Shown here: piece after piece, positions 9,721 to 18,447 of the stretch
How the letters are laid out: every line of letters starts with the position of its first letter
How positions within the stretch are numbered: the first letter of the stretch is position 1
Origin: Oscillospiraceae bacterium
Lineage (GTDB): Bacteria; Bacillota; Clostridia; Oscillospirales; Ruminococcaceae
Assembly: GCA_009780025.1 (NCBI GenBank)
Contig: WRAV01000002.1
Span: 38,126 to 102,125, forward strand
Length of the DNA stretch: 64,000 bases
Direction: 5' to 3'
Notes under the pieces: model-generated
Database searches by the model: none
The model's input: the letters and a program-made list of their open reading frames with translations, nothing else
What the model was told of the DNA's origin: nothing
Translations under genes and position numbers: made by a program

Positions 9721-9981
9721 ATGACGGTTCTATTCTATGGCAGCGTAATCGACCACGCGGGCGAACAGCAGTCTTTCCGGCTCCAAGGCAGCGAAACTGT
9801 TCGCGACTTGATTGACGCGCTTGGCCACCATTTCGGGCAGAAATTTAAAGCGTTTCTGCTGGGCGACGAGACTTGCCTGTTTCTTATAAACGGCAAAGGA
9901 ATAATGACGGCGAGAGGGCTTGACACAAAATTGGAGCCTGAAGATAAAGTTGAGATATTGCCTTTTATTGATGCCGGGTAA
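9721..9981 (+). CDS. MoaD/ThiS-family ubiquitin-like sulfur carrier
   Basis: 86 aa from ATG 9721; LING...LDTKLEPEDKVEILPF beta-grasp signature; ends DAG; adjacent to the MoeB-like gene. Confidence 0.85.
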   Translation: MTVLFYGSVIDHAGEQQSFRLQGSETVRDLIDALGHHFGQKFKAFLLGDETCLFLINGKGIMTARGLDTKLEPEDKVEILPFIDAG

Positions 9982-10008
9982 TCATCTTTTGCCCAGAGTG
10001 CGTTTTTG

Positions 10009-10037
10009 TTGACGAATGGATAAGGATGCGATATAAT
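10009..10037 (+). promoter_or_regulatory. sigma-A promoter for the M23 peptidase transcript
   Basis: TTGACG-17 nt-TATAAT. Confidence 0.8.
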
Positions 10038-10043
10038 TCACGT

Positions 10044-10223
10044 GTACATTATCTCGCCCTGACTCTGTTTGTCTGGGTTCAACTAGTTGGGCAACCACGG
10101 AAAAACGCCCGCTAAAACCCTATGTTTGTCGGGGTTTAGCGGGCATTTGTTATCTGACGCAGAGGCAGCGTCGCTAAATCAAGAGCCGCCCCATTAACGG
10201 GGCGCTGCTGGGAGAGTGAAATC
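10044..10223 (+). other. Long structured 5' leader (about 180 nt), class unassigned
   Basis: 14-bp near-perfect stem GCCCGCTAAAACCC/GGGGTTTAGCGGGC (10107-10144). Competing stems GCAGCG/CGCTGC and CGCCCC/GGGGCG lie just before the RBS. Confidence 0.5.
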
Positions 10224-11627
10224 ATGAAAAAACTAACGACAGTTGCTATTGCCCTCACCCTTGCTGCGGGTGCTGTTTTCTGGGCGTTTACAGATGGACT
10301 CTTGGCAGTGGGCGATCCGACCGTTGCTATTGCCGGCGAACAGCGCCTCGCACTTATAAGAACCTCCACCGCCAGCGAAAGCCGGCATACACCGGTTGCG
10401 CAAAGGCTTTTCGGCGTATCTACCGGCGTGCTGCCTTCTTCCCAAAGCGCCGAGCACCCGCGTGCCTCTTTTGCCATTGCCCCCGAACGTGAGCTAAGCG
10501 TGGCCGGAAGCAGCTTTGCCGTTCGTGGGAGTGGTGGCAACTTTGCCCCCGTTGCCCCGCCGCTTGCAGGCTCCCCTCCAGCAATCTCCGGATGGGGGCA
10601 AAACCGGCTGCCGGAGCTGATATTTACTCCCACGCCGGCCCAGCTTGAGTTTGTGCTGACCGACACTGCCGAGCGAAAAACTCACCGTCTCACACTCGAG
10701 CAAGCGCAAGCTTTCGTCCTGCAGCCTAACACACTCTACGATGTGCGCGTCCTGGCGCGATACAATGGCGCCAGGTACACCGGTACTGTTAATTTTGGGT
10801 ACACCATCACCACAAATGCGCTGGCGGTGGACTTTATGATTAGCGGCGACACCACCGACCTCGGCGAAGCGCTGGTACTGCGCGTGCGCAACCTGCCCAA
10901 TGGTGCGCAGGTAACAGTCGAGACCTCGCTGCCGGATAACCCGGTATTCTTCCTGGACGGGCAGGGCGGCGCTGTTGCACTGCTGCCGGTGAGCATACAC
11001 ACCACCACCGGGGAGCATTTTGTCGAGCTGAAGGCAGCCGGCACGTCTGCACGGTTCCCTGTTAGGGTGCTGGCCACCGAGTTTGTTGTACAACGCTTTG
11101 ATATCGACCAGTCCACCGCCAACCGCACCGTAAACTCCGCCGCCGCCAATGCCCAGTACCGTGAGATGATTCACCCACTGCGTTTGGTGAGCGACCCTGT
11201 CCGGCACTGGCAAGGACGCTTTGGCTATCCCGTCACCCCCGGCGAAGGGCGGATTACTACCCCATTCGCCGTCATACGATTTGTTAACGGCGTGGGGCCT
11301 TCCCGCCACGCGGCGATCGACATCGCACTGCCACAGGGTACCCCTGTATACGCGCCGGCCAGCGGGCGGGTGTTATTCGCGGGGTATTTGCAGCTGACCG
11401 GCAACACTATTGCAATCGAGCACGGGCTTGGCCTCAAGACCTGGTACTACCACCTGGTCAGCCTGGACGTGCAAACCGGCGATATGGTAGAGCGCGACCA
11501 AAGGATAGGCGCGGTGGGCACAACCGGATTTTCTACCGGTCCCCACCTGCACTACGGCATGTCGGTTTTTGGGGTCTTTATCAACCCCGATACTGCCACA
11601 AACACCGACATATTTAACTGGAGCTGA
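10224..11627 (+). CDS. Secreted M23-family peptidoglycan endopeptidase
   Basis: Signal peptide; C-terminal HAAID (HxxxD), GNTIAIEH, GFSTGPHLHY (HxH). Confidence 0.9.
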   Translation: MKKLTTVAIALTLAAGAVFWAFTDGLLAVGDPTVAIAGEQRLALIRTSTASESRHTPVAQRLFGVSTGVLPSSQSAEHPRASFAIAPERELSVAGSSFAVRGSGGNFAPVAPPLAGSPPAISGWGQNRLPELIFTPTPAQLEFVLTDTAERKTHRLTLEQAQAFVLQPNTLYDVRVLARYNGARYTGTVNFGYTITTNALAVDFMISGDTTDLGEALVLRVRNLPNGAQVTVETSLPDNPVFFLDGQGGAVALLPVSIHTTTGEHFVELKAAGTSARFPVRVLATEFVVQRFDIDQSTANRTVNSAAANAQYREMIHPLRLVSDPVRHWQGRFGYPVTPGEGRITTPFAVIRFVNGVGPSRHAAIDIALPQGTPVYAPASGRVLFAGYLQLTGNTIAIEHGLGLKTWYYHLVSLDVQTGDMVERDQRIGAVGTTGFSTGPHLHYGMSVFGVFINPDTATNTDIFNWS

Positions 11628-11651
11628 CCCCCACGGAGGAACCTTCCCTGC

Positions 11652-11680
11652 TTGACAAACACTGGTAAATGCGGTATAGT
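11652..11680 (+). promoter_or_regulatory. sigma-A promoter for the CysK-like gene
   Basis: TTGACA-17 nt-TATAGT. Confidence 0.75.
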
Positions 11681-11745
11681 TTTGCTAGAAATTAGCGCAA
11701 AATACAACTTGTTTCTGACATAATAATCGAAAGTTGGGTTGACGT

Positions 11746-12708
11746 ATGGACCAATATATCACAAGCATTACCCAGGCTATCGGCAAAACACCGCTACTCC
11801 GCCTTGATAAAATAAAAGCGCACTTGGGTTTTGAAGGTGATATCTACGCAAAGCTCGAGCACCTCAACCCCAGCTTTTCCAAGAAGGACCGCATAGCCCT
11901 GGGAATGATTGAGCTGGCCGAGGAAAAGGGCCTGCTAAAGCCCGGTCAACCTGTGCTTGAGATGACCAGTGGCAATACCGGCACCGGGGTCGCATTGGTT
12001 TGCTCGGCCAAGGGGTACCGGTTTATTTGCGTTATGTCCAGGGGCAACTCGGTTGAACGGGTAAAAATGGTCGAAGCCTTCGGCGGCGAAGTCGTGCTGG
12101 TAGATCAAGCGCCAGGCGCTGTTCCCGGCAAGGTTTCCGGCGAAGATCTGCGCCTTGTGGAAATCGAAGCCGAACGGCTGACCAAAGAACTTGGAGCGTA
12201 CTACCTTAACCAGTTTACGAATCCGAGCAACGCCTCTTCACAGGAGGTGGCCGGAATCGAAATGTGGGAGCAGTCCGGTGGCGTAATTAGCGCCTTCGCG
12301 GATTTTATCGGCACCGGCGGTACTTACGCGGGCTATGCCGCAGCCCTCAAGCGATCTAGCGGCGGCCTCGCGCGATGTTACGTTGTAGAACCCCAAGGAT
12401 GCGCTTACTATGGTGGCGAGATTATTCCGGGAGCCATGCACCGCATACAGGGCGGCGGCTACGCAAGGGAGATCGAGTTCCTCGACCGCACGGCACTTGT
12501 GGATGGCGCTGTCTCGGTATCCTGCGATGACGCTATAGAGATGACCCACCTGCTGGCCGCAAAAGAGGGCGTGTTCTCCGGGTTTTCTTCCGGGGCCAAC
12601 CTTATGGGAGCTATACAATTGCTTCGCGGGCAAGAGAAGGGCAAAAGCATAGGCATCGTCATAAACGACTGCGGCCTTAAATATATGAGCACCCCCTTGT
12701 GGGCATAG
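11746..12708 (+). CDS. PLP-dependent cysteine synthase (CysK/CysM)-family protein
   Basis: KLEHLNPSFSKKDR (PLP lysine), TSGNTG, NQFTNP, GTGGT, HRIQG, EGVFSGFSSGA. Confidence 0.88.
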   Translation: MDQYITSITQAIGKTPLLRLDKIKAHLGFEGDIYAKLEHLNPSFSKKDRIALGMIELAEEKGLLKPGQPVLEMTSGNTGTGVALVCSAKGYRFICVMSRGNSVERVKMVEAFGGEVVLVDQAPGAVPGKVSGEDLRLVEIEAERLTKELGAYYLNQFTNPSNASSQEVAGIEMWEQSGGVISAFADFIGTGGTYAGYAAALKRSSGGLARCYVVEPQGCAYYGGEIIPGAMHRIQGGGYAREIEFLDRTALVDGAVSVSCDDAIEMTHLLAAKEGVFSGFSSGANLMGAIQLLRGQEKGKSIGIVINDCGLKYMSTPLWA

Positions 12709-12725
12709 CCGAGCTTCTTAATGCT

Positions 12726-12764
12726 CAACGCCGCGAACATTCGGGGCGTTGCACTGTGTTTTTT
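12726..12764 (+). terminator. Intrinsic terminator after the CysK-like gene
   Basis: CAACGCC-GCGAA-CA-TTCG-GGGCGTTG stem followed by a T-rich tail. Confidence 0.55.
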
Positions 12765-12965
12765 AATAGTTGAGTGCTATTTTTATGCCCTGGTACATAT
12801 AATTGAACCCCACGTTTTTGTCCGGAGATTTTAAGAGATATAGAGCTGTGTTTGCAGGCAAGGGATCGCCGTGCGGCAACTTTAGAACCTACCTACATAG
12901 CCCCACCGCCCGGCACTTTTATTTTGCGGACGCATTCTAAATAAACACAAAAAGGAGCTTTTTAC

Positions 12966-14168
12966 ATGAAAAAGAAAACTATAGGTATCTTAGTTGTCCT
13001 TGCTCTTGTTGCGGTAATCTTTGCGGGGTGTGCTCAGGGGGCACCTCAGGCACCGGCTCAACCGGCTACACCCGCAGGTGATGCCGGCGCGGCTCCAGAC
13101 GCCGGCGCTCCCGCAGCCGAAGGCGGCAACGTAAGAATCGCTGTGGCGGCTCCGCTGACCGGTGATAACGCCGAGTACGGCCAAGGCTTCCTGAACGCGG
13201 CACGGCTTCAGGCCGAGCACCGTAACGCAGCCGGTGGCGTGCTGGGCGGCAGACAGGTTGAAATTGTCCCCTTTGATGACGCCAACTCCTCCGAGGAAGC
13301 CGCGTCTATCGCCCTGAGAATCGCCTCCGACGGTGACTTTGCCGGTGTAATCGGCCACTTCTCTTCCGGCGTTGCCATGACCGCGGCCCCTACATACAAC
13401 GAGAACCAAATCATCAACATTTCCCCTTCCGCTGGGCATGTTGACTTTTCCGGAATCGGCGAGTTTATATTCCGCAACAACACCGTTGTGGTTGTTGAAG
13501 CCGGCGCTATCCTGGACATAGCCGTAACTGACCTTGGGCACACCCGCATCGGCATCCTTTCCATCATGACCGACTGGGGTGTGAGCACCTCGGACGTTAT
13601 CATGAATCTCGTTGACGCACTGCCCGGTGTCGAAGTCGTTGCCCACGAGGAAGTTATGGAGGGCTCCCCCGACTTTAGCCCGGCTATCACCGCCTTTGAG
13701 GCCGCCGATGTAGATGTTGTCATCAGCGTAAGCCAGTATTCCACACTTGCGCCGTTCGCAATCCAGTACCGCACTATCAACCCAGAAGTTGATATTCTGG
13801 GCTTCTCCAACGCCTACACCAGGAACCTTATCGATATCGGCGGTGAGTCGGTTGAGCGTGTGCGCTTCCCGGTCTCCTTCTTCGCCGATTCGCCCGACCC
13901 TGTTATCCAGGCCTTTGTTAGCGAGTACATTGCCGCCAACGGCTACAGCCCCAGCGCCCTTACCGCACAAGCGTTTGACGCGGTCGGCATTCTACTCGAC
14001 GCCATCGACGCGGCCGGTACCACCGAAGGCGAACCTGTCCGCCAGATGCTGCACGAAATCAGCCATAACGGTGTTGCCGGTGTCGTGAGCTTCGACGCGG
14101 GCGGTGACGTTATGAGGGACTTCTTCCGCGTCGTAATCCAGGACGGCGAGTTTAGGCTGACTAACTAA
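12966..14168 (+). CDS. livK: Branched-chain-amino-acid-type (HAAT) ABC transporter substrate-binding lipoprotein
   Basis: Lipobox FAGC; PLTGDNAEYG, VIGHFSSG, AQAFDA motifs. Confidence 0.88.
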   Translation: MKKKTIGILVVLALVAVIFAGCAQGAPQAPAQPATPAGDAGAAPDAGAPAAEGGNVRIAVAAPLTGDNAEYGQGFLNAARLQAEHRNAAGGVLGGRQVEIVPFDDANSSEEAASIALRIASDGDFAGVIGHFSSGVAMTAAPTYNENQIINISPSAGHVDFSGIGEFIFRNNTVVVVEAGAILDIAVTDLGHTRIGILSIMTDWGVSTSDVIMNLVDALPGVEVVAHEEVMEGSPDFSPAITAFEAADVDVVISVSQYSTLAPFAIQYRTINPEVDILGFSNAYTRNLIDIGGESVERVRFPVSFFADSPDPVIQAFVSEYIAANGYSPSALTAQAFDAVGILLDAIDAAGTTEGEPVRQMLHEISHNGVAGVVSFDAGGDVMRDFFRVVIQDGEFRLTN

Positions 14169-14176
14169 GTTCTACT

Positions 14177-14214
14177 GTCAGGTGCTGCCGGCTTCCCAGC
14201 CGGTAGCACCTGAC
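14177..14214 (+). terminator. Stem-loop after livK (terminator or mRNA stabiliser)
   Basis: GTCAGGTGCTGCCGGC/GCCGGTAGCACCTGAC 16-bp inverted repeat. Confidence 0.75.
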
Positions 14215-14319
14215 TTATATTCTGGCGTGTATATAGTTGAATTACCCTGAAATAGCCTCGCAAATCCTATCGCTATTTCAAGGTAATTCAACTATGGAGA
14301 GGATTTTGGTGAATCCACT

Positions 14320-15204
14320 ATGGTTGTATTTATACAGCAATTCATAAACGGTCTTGCTATCGGCATGGCGTACTCGCTGATCGCGGTTGGATTTTCGCTG
14401 GTATTTGGCATCTTGCGCCTTGTAAACTTTGCCCACGGGGCGGTATACGCGTTTGGCGCGCAGTTTGCCCTTGTCATATTCGTAGGGATGCAGATTAGCA
14501 TAGCCCTAGCAATTCTGCTTGCAATGGTTGCTGCCGGACTGCTAGGTGTTATTATCGACAAGACCGCCCTTGAGCCATTGCGCAAGAAAAAGTCAATGCC
14601 GATAGCTAACCTTATCACCACCATCGGCATCTCCCACATACTTGTAAACCTTATGACTATCTATTTCGGCAGCCAGACCCGGGGGTTCCCAGCCCTGTTC
14701 AGCTTTGGTATGATTGAGGTTGCCGGTGTGCGGGTGGACTCTAACCAATTGATGCTCTGCCTGGTAGCCCTTATCCTGATGGGCGTGCTTACTATTGTAG
14801 TGCAAAAAAGCAAAATCGGCCTTGCCATACGCGCCACTGAGCAGAACACCAAAGCCGCCAGCCTGATGGGGATAAACGTAAACTTTGTTATCTCATTCGT
14901 CTTCTTCCTGGCCGGGGCGTCGGCGGCTATTGCGGGTGGCCTGATTGCCAGCCACTATCGAATTGTCTTCCCGGCCATGGGCTTTGACGCCGGACTCAAG
15001 GCGTTCTCGGCAGCGGTGCTGGGCGGAATCGGCTCACTACCCGGCTCGATAATCGGCGGGCTGATAGTCGGAGTATCCGAGAGTATGGCGGCCAACTTCC
15101 TTGGCAGCGCTTATCGTGACAGCGTTGCGTTTGTAATTCTAATACTCGTGCTGATAATCCGCCCCACCGGCCTGTTCGGCAAAAAGGCCATCATGAAAGT
15201 ATAG
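14320..15204 (+). CDS. livH: HAAT ABC transporter permease
   Basis: QQFINGL...GFSLVFGIL...NFAHG; KAFSAAVLGGIGS. Confidence 0.93.
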   Translation: MVVFIQQFINGLAIGMAYSLIAVGFSLVFGILRLVNFAHGAVYAFGAQFALVIFVGMQISIALAILLAMVAAGLLGVIIDKTALEPLRKKKSMPIANLITTIGISHILVNLMTIYFGSQTRGFPALFSFGMIEVAGVRVDSNQLMLCLVALILMGVLTIVVQKSKIGLAIRATEQNTKAASLMGINVNFVISFVFFLAGASAAIAGGLIASHYRIVFPAMGFDAGLKAFSAAVLGGIGSLPGSIIGGLIVGVSESMAANFLGSAYRDSVAFVILILVLIIRPTGLFGKKAIMKV

Positions 15205-16221
15205 GTGGCCGGCATGAGAAAAGACTTTATCTATATTGTCGAGAATTTTCTTTCGAGGTATAAGCTGATTGCCTGGGCTGTGGTTTGCGCAGGCATGTTG
15301 GCTGTGCCGCTGTTCGGGTTTAGCCCGTTTATCATGCGTATGTTCATCATGATTGGTATCTTCGCCATTCTCGCGCTGGGACTAAATCTGTTAACTGGCT
15401 ACTGCGGGCAGGTCTCGCTGGGTCACGCGGGTTTTTTTGCAATCGGCGCATACACCTACGCGCTAATGAAAATAAACCTGGACGCGCCCTTTCTCCTTGC
15501 AATGGTGGTTGCAATGGTTATTTCGGCCGGGTGCGGGTTTTTGCTGGGGCTTCCTACTCTGCGCCTTTCAGGAAACTACCTAACGATCGTAACCCTTGGC
15601 TTTGGCGAGATCGTGCGGATGGTCATCATCAACTGGCGCTCCTTAACTCGGGGCCCGCTGGGCATCGGCGGCATACCGGCGCCCGAGCTTTTTGGCACAA
15701 CCTTTACGCTCACCAACCATGGGTTTTACTACGCCATGCTGGTAATGCTGGCGCTTACCGGACTTACCTGCTACGCAATAGTTAATTCCCGCACCGGGCG
15801 GGCATTCAAGGCTATCAAACAGGACCCCATAGCCGCCACCATGATGGGGATACGCACTACCCGCTTTAAGGTGTTGGCATTTGTGCTTTCGGCACTTATA
15901 GCCGGGGCAGCGGGTGCGTTTTACGCGCCTATCATCGGGTTTATCGACCATAACACATTTAACTTTGACATTTCGGTGCTTATCCTCACTATCGTCATTG
16001 TGGGCGGCATGGGCACCATGCGTGGGATGTTCCTGGGCGCAATTATCATAATCGCCTTCCCCGAGGTTGCCCGCTTTTTGATGACCTATCGCTTTGTGGT
16101 TTACGGGCTGCTGCTCATCGTCATGATGCGCTTTAGGCCGCAGGGGCTCTTGGGCTGGAAGAGCCGGCTGCCTTACAATATACCCAAGGCTGCTAAAAAG
16201 CAGCTGGAAGCGGGGGCGTAG
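15205..16221 (+). CDS. livM: HAAT ABC transporter permease
   Basis: GYCGQVSLGHAGFFAIGAY; LRLSGNYLTIVTLGFGEI. Confidence 0.93.
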   Translation: MAGMRKDFIYIVENFLSRYKLIAWAVVCAGMLAVPLFGFSPFIMRMFIMIGIFAILALGLNLLTGYCGQVSLGHAGFFAIGAYTYALMKINLDAPFLLAMVVAMVISAGCGFLLGLPTLRLSGNYLTIVTLGFGEIVRMVIINWRSLTRGPLGIGGIPAPELFGTTFTLTNHGFYYAMLVMLALTGLTCYAIVNSRTGRAFKAIKQDPIAATMMGIRTTRFKVLAFVLSALIAGAAGAFYAPIIGFIDHNTFNFDISVLILTIVIVGGMGTMRGMFLGAIIIIAFPEVARFLMTYRFVVYGLLLIVMMRFRPQGLLGWKSRLPYNIPKAAKKQLEAGA

Positions 16222-16224
16222 CGG

Positions 16225-17007
16225 ATGAGTGAACACTACCTGCAAGTCAACACCATAACCAAACAGTTCAGCGGGCTGGTTGCGGTAGACGCCGTCAGTT
16301 TCCATGTGGACAAGGGCGAGATCGTCAGCATAATCGGACCCAACGGCGCGGGCAAAACCACTGTCTTCAACATGCTCACCGGGGTATACCAGGTAGACAC
16401 CGGCGAGATTATCTTCGAGGGCAAACCTATACACAACCTGCAGCCCCAGGATATAGTCGAGGCCGGGCTTTCACGGACCTTCCAAAACATCCGCCTGTTT
16501 GGAGATATGCGGGTTATCGAAAACGTGCTGGTGGGCACGCATATCAAGACAAAGTACGGATTCTTTGACTCGCTATTTCGCACCCCGCGCTTCCGCCGGG
16601 AGGAGGCTGAGCTCACCCTAAAGGCGGTTGAGATCCTGCGCTCGATCGGCTTGGATAGCTATATCCACAACTACGCCGAGAGTATGCCTTACGGCGCGCA
16701 GCGCAAGCTCGAAATTGCCCGGGCAATAGCCACCGACGCCAAAATCCTGCTGCTGGATGAGCCCGCCGCCGGAATGAACCCCCAGGAGACCGAAGAGCTG
16801 ATGGACTTTATCCGCTCGCTACGGGACAAGGGCTACACCATACTGCTCATCGAACACGACATGCGCCTGGTAATGAATATCTCCGACCGAATATACGTGA
16901 TTGACCACGGCAAGCGAATAGCCCACGGCCTGCCCTCAGAGATTCAGGGTGACCAACGGGTGATAGAAGCCTACCTGGGAGGTGCAAAAACCAATGCTGA
17001 AGATTGA
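16225..17007 (+). CDS. livG: HAAT ABC transporter ATP-binding protein
   Basis: Walker A GPNGAGKT; RTFQNIRLF; LLLDEPAAG; IEHDM. Confidence 0.95.
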   Translation: MSEHYLQVNTITKQFSGLVAVDAVSFHVDKGEIVSIIGPNGAGKTTVFNMLTGVYQVDTGEIIFEGKPIHNLQPQDIVEAGLSRTFQNIRLFGDMRVIENVLVGTHIKTKYGFFDSLFRTPRFRREEAELTLKAVEILRSIGLDSYIHNYAESMPYGAQRKLEIARAIATDAKILLLDEPAAGMNPQETEELMDFIRSLRDKGYTILLIEHDMRLVMNISDRIYVIDHGKRIAHGLPSEIQGDQRVIEAYLGGAKTNAED

Positions 17008-17701
17008 GGGACTGCACACCTACTACGGCTACATTCACGCGCTAAAGGGGATAGACATCGAGGTCGGCAACGGGGAAATAGTCTCGCTCATCGGCTCGAA
17101 CGGTGCGGGCAAAACCACTACCTTGGGCTCGATCGCGGGGCTGGTGCCATCCTCTCAAGGCAGAATCACCTTTGAGGGCAAAGACATCACAAACGTGCCA
17201 CCACACAAGTTGGTGCAGATGGGCATCAGCCTTTCTCCCGAGGGGCGGGAGGTTTTTCCCGCATTGACAGTAGAGGAAAACCTCCGCCTGGGTGCCTATA
17301 CCAAAAAGGACAAGGACCGTACAGACGCTTCCTTTGAGCGGGTGTACGACCTCTTCCCCCGGCTGAAGGAACGGGTGGCTCAGCTGGCCGGCACACTTTC
17401 CGGGGGCGAACAGCAGATGCTGGCAATCGGTCGGGCGCTGATGTGTGAGCCCAAGCTGCTCCTGCTCGACGAACCATCGCTAGGGCTTGCACCCACGCTG
17501 GTCGCGCAGATTTTCGCGCTTATTGAGGACATAAACAGGCAGGGCACAACTATCCTGCTCATCGAGCAGAACGCCAATATGGCGCTCTCGGTCGCGAGTC
17601 GGGCATACGTGCTGGAGACCGGCAGCATTGCTATGAGCGGCCCGGCAAAGGAACTGGCGGTTGATCCACGGGTCAAAGAGGCCTACCTCGGCGCACATTA
17701 A
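16994..17701 (+). CDS. livF: HAAT ABC transporter ATP-binding protein
   Basis: GSNGAGKT; LSGGEQQMLA; LLDEPSLGL; start placed at ATG 16994. Confidence 0.95.
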   Translation: MLKIEGLHTYYGYIHALKGIDIEVGNGEIVSLIGSNGAGKTTTLGSIAGLVPSSQGRITFEGKDITNVPPHKLVQMGISLSPEGREVFPALTVEENLRLGAYTKKDKDRTDASFERVYDLFPRLKERVAQLAGTLSGGEQQMLAIGRALMCEPKLLLLDEPSLGLAPTLVAQIFALIEDINRQGTTILLIEQNANMALSVASRAYVLETGSIAMSGPAKELAVDPRVKEAYLGAH

Positions 17702-17894
17702 AGGCAAAGGAGACAACAGCCGATTAACGTGCAGCACACGCGAACAAGAAGTACAGTCCTAACTAAAATATTTGATTTGGCGAGAGCCCGTCGCCTAGCT
17801 GTGCACCTACAGGCTTACCAGATATAAGTACCGATAGATTTTTATTCCAAAGAGTTATAATGCACCCAAAATATACCTGAAGGAGAAATGCATC

Positions 17895-18377
17895 ATGATA
17901 AAAAACACACCTACAGACAGAGGCCAACACATTGACGATTTACGCGGGGCCATTGAACACCGCGCCACCTGGTTCTACTTGCTGATTAAAGAGGCCAAAA
18001 AGCGCGGGCTGGATTATGACTTTGCCCGGGACGCTATTTTCAGCTGTGGAGCCTTCCACGGTGGGCACAAGTTTGCTAAAACCGACAACCTTGTAGAGTT
18101 CGGCCCAACCTTTGCTACCGAAAACGTCAAGAACATCTTTGAGATGGACGTAACCACCAGCCCGGAAGAAATGTACATAGAGTTCCACTACTGCCCACTG
18201 GTTAGCGCGTGGCAAAAGCTGGGTGCAACCGAAGAGGAGATTGAAATTCTCTGCGATATAGCCATGGACGGTGACCGGGGCATTGCCAGCGCATACCCCG
18301 CCTTTGAGTTCGAGCTGGGTAAAACTATTGCCAAGGGCGACGATGTCTGTCAAGTTTGGTTTAGGAAGAAGAAGTAG
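17895..18377 (+). CDS. L-2-amino-thiazoline-4-carboxylate (ATC) hydrolase-like family protein
   Basis: 160 aa; FHYCPLVSAW...LCDIAMDGD...TIAKGDDVC pattern typical of this family; AGGAG RBS. Confidence 0.7.
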   Translation: MIKNTPTDRGQHIDDLRGAIEHRATWFYLLIKEAKKRGLDYDFARDAIFSCGAFHGGHKFAKTDNLVEFGPTFATENVKNIFEMDVTTSPEEMYIEFHYCPLVSAWQKLGATEEEIEILCDIAMDGDRGIASAYPAFEFELGKTIAKGDDVCQVWFRKKK

Positions 18378-18390
18378 GGGCAAGTGCCCC
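18374..18390 (+). repeat. Short GTAG-REP-like palindrome overlapping a stop codon
   Basis: GTAGGGGC-AAGT-GCCCC; its TAG is the stop codon of the preceding gene. Confidence 0.4.
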
Positions 18391-18411
18391 GCTCACTCGC
18401 CCCAATAAGCT

Positions 18412-18444
18412 ACCCCCGGCCTGTGGTTACAGGTCGGGGGTTTT
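18412..18444. terminator. Terminator between convergent genes
   Basis: ACCCCCGGCCTGT-GGTT-ACAGGTCGGGGGT-TTT. Confidence 0.75.
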
Positions 18445-18447
18445 GCT

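Noticed and set aside
10160-10210. TCGCTAAATC as a c-di-AMP (ydaO) riboswitch
   Set aside because: The GGGGGAAC, GGTAGGG and GTCAGCTAACCTCG elements are absent. It is kept only as an unassigned structured leader.
12805-12960. livK leader containing ATAGAG...AAGGG...TCGCCG, loosely like a lysine or SAM riboswitch
   Set aside because: It is too short, lacks the remaining conserved helices and motifs, and has no convincing expression platform.
12990-13970. 326-aa ORF antisense to livK; similar long shadow ORFs at 10494-11309, 15643-16434, 44247-44897 and 46941-47942
   Set aside because: They fully overlap well-supported genes on the opposite strand, have no motifs or RBS, and are expected in GC-rich DNA with biased codon usage.
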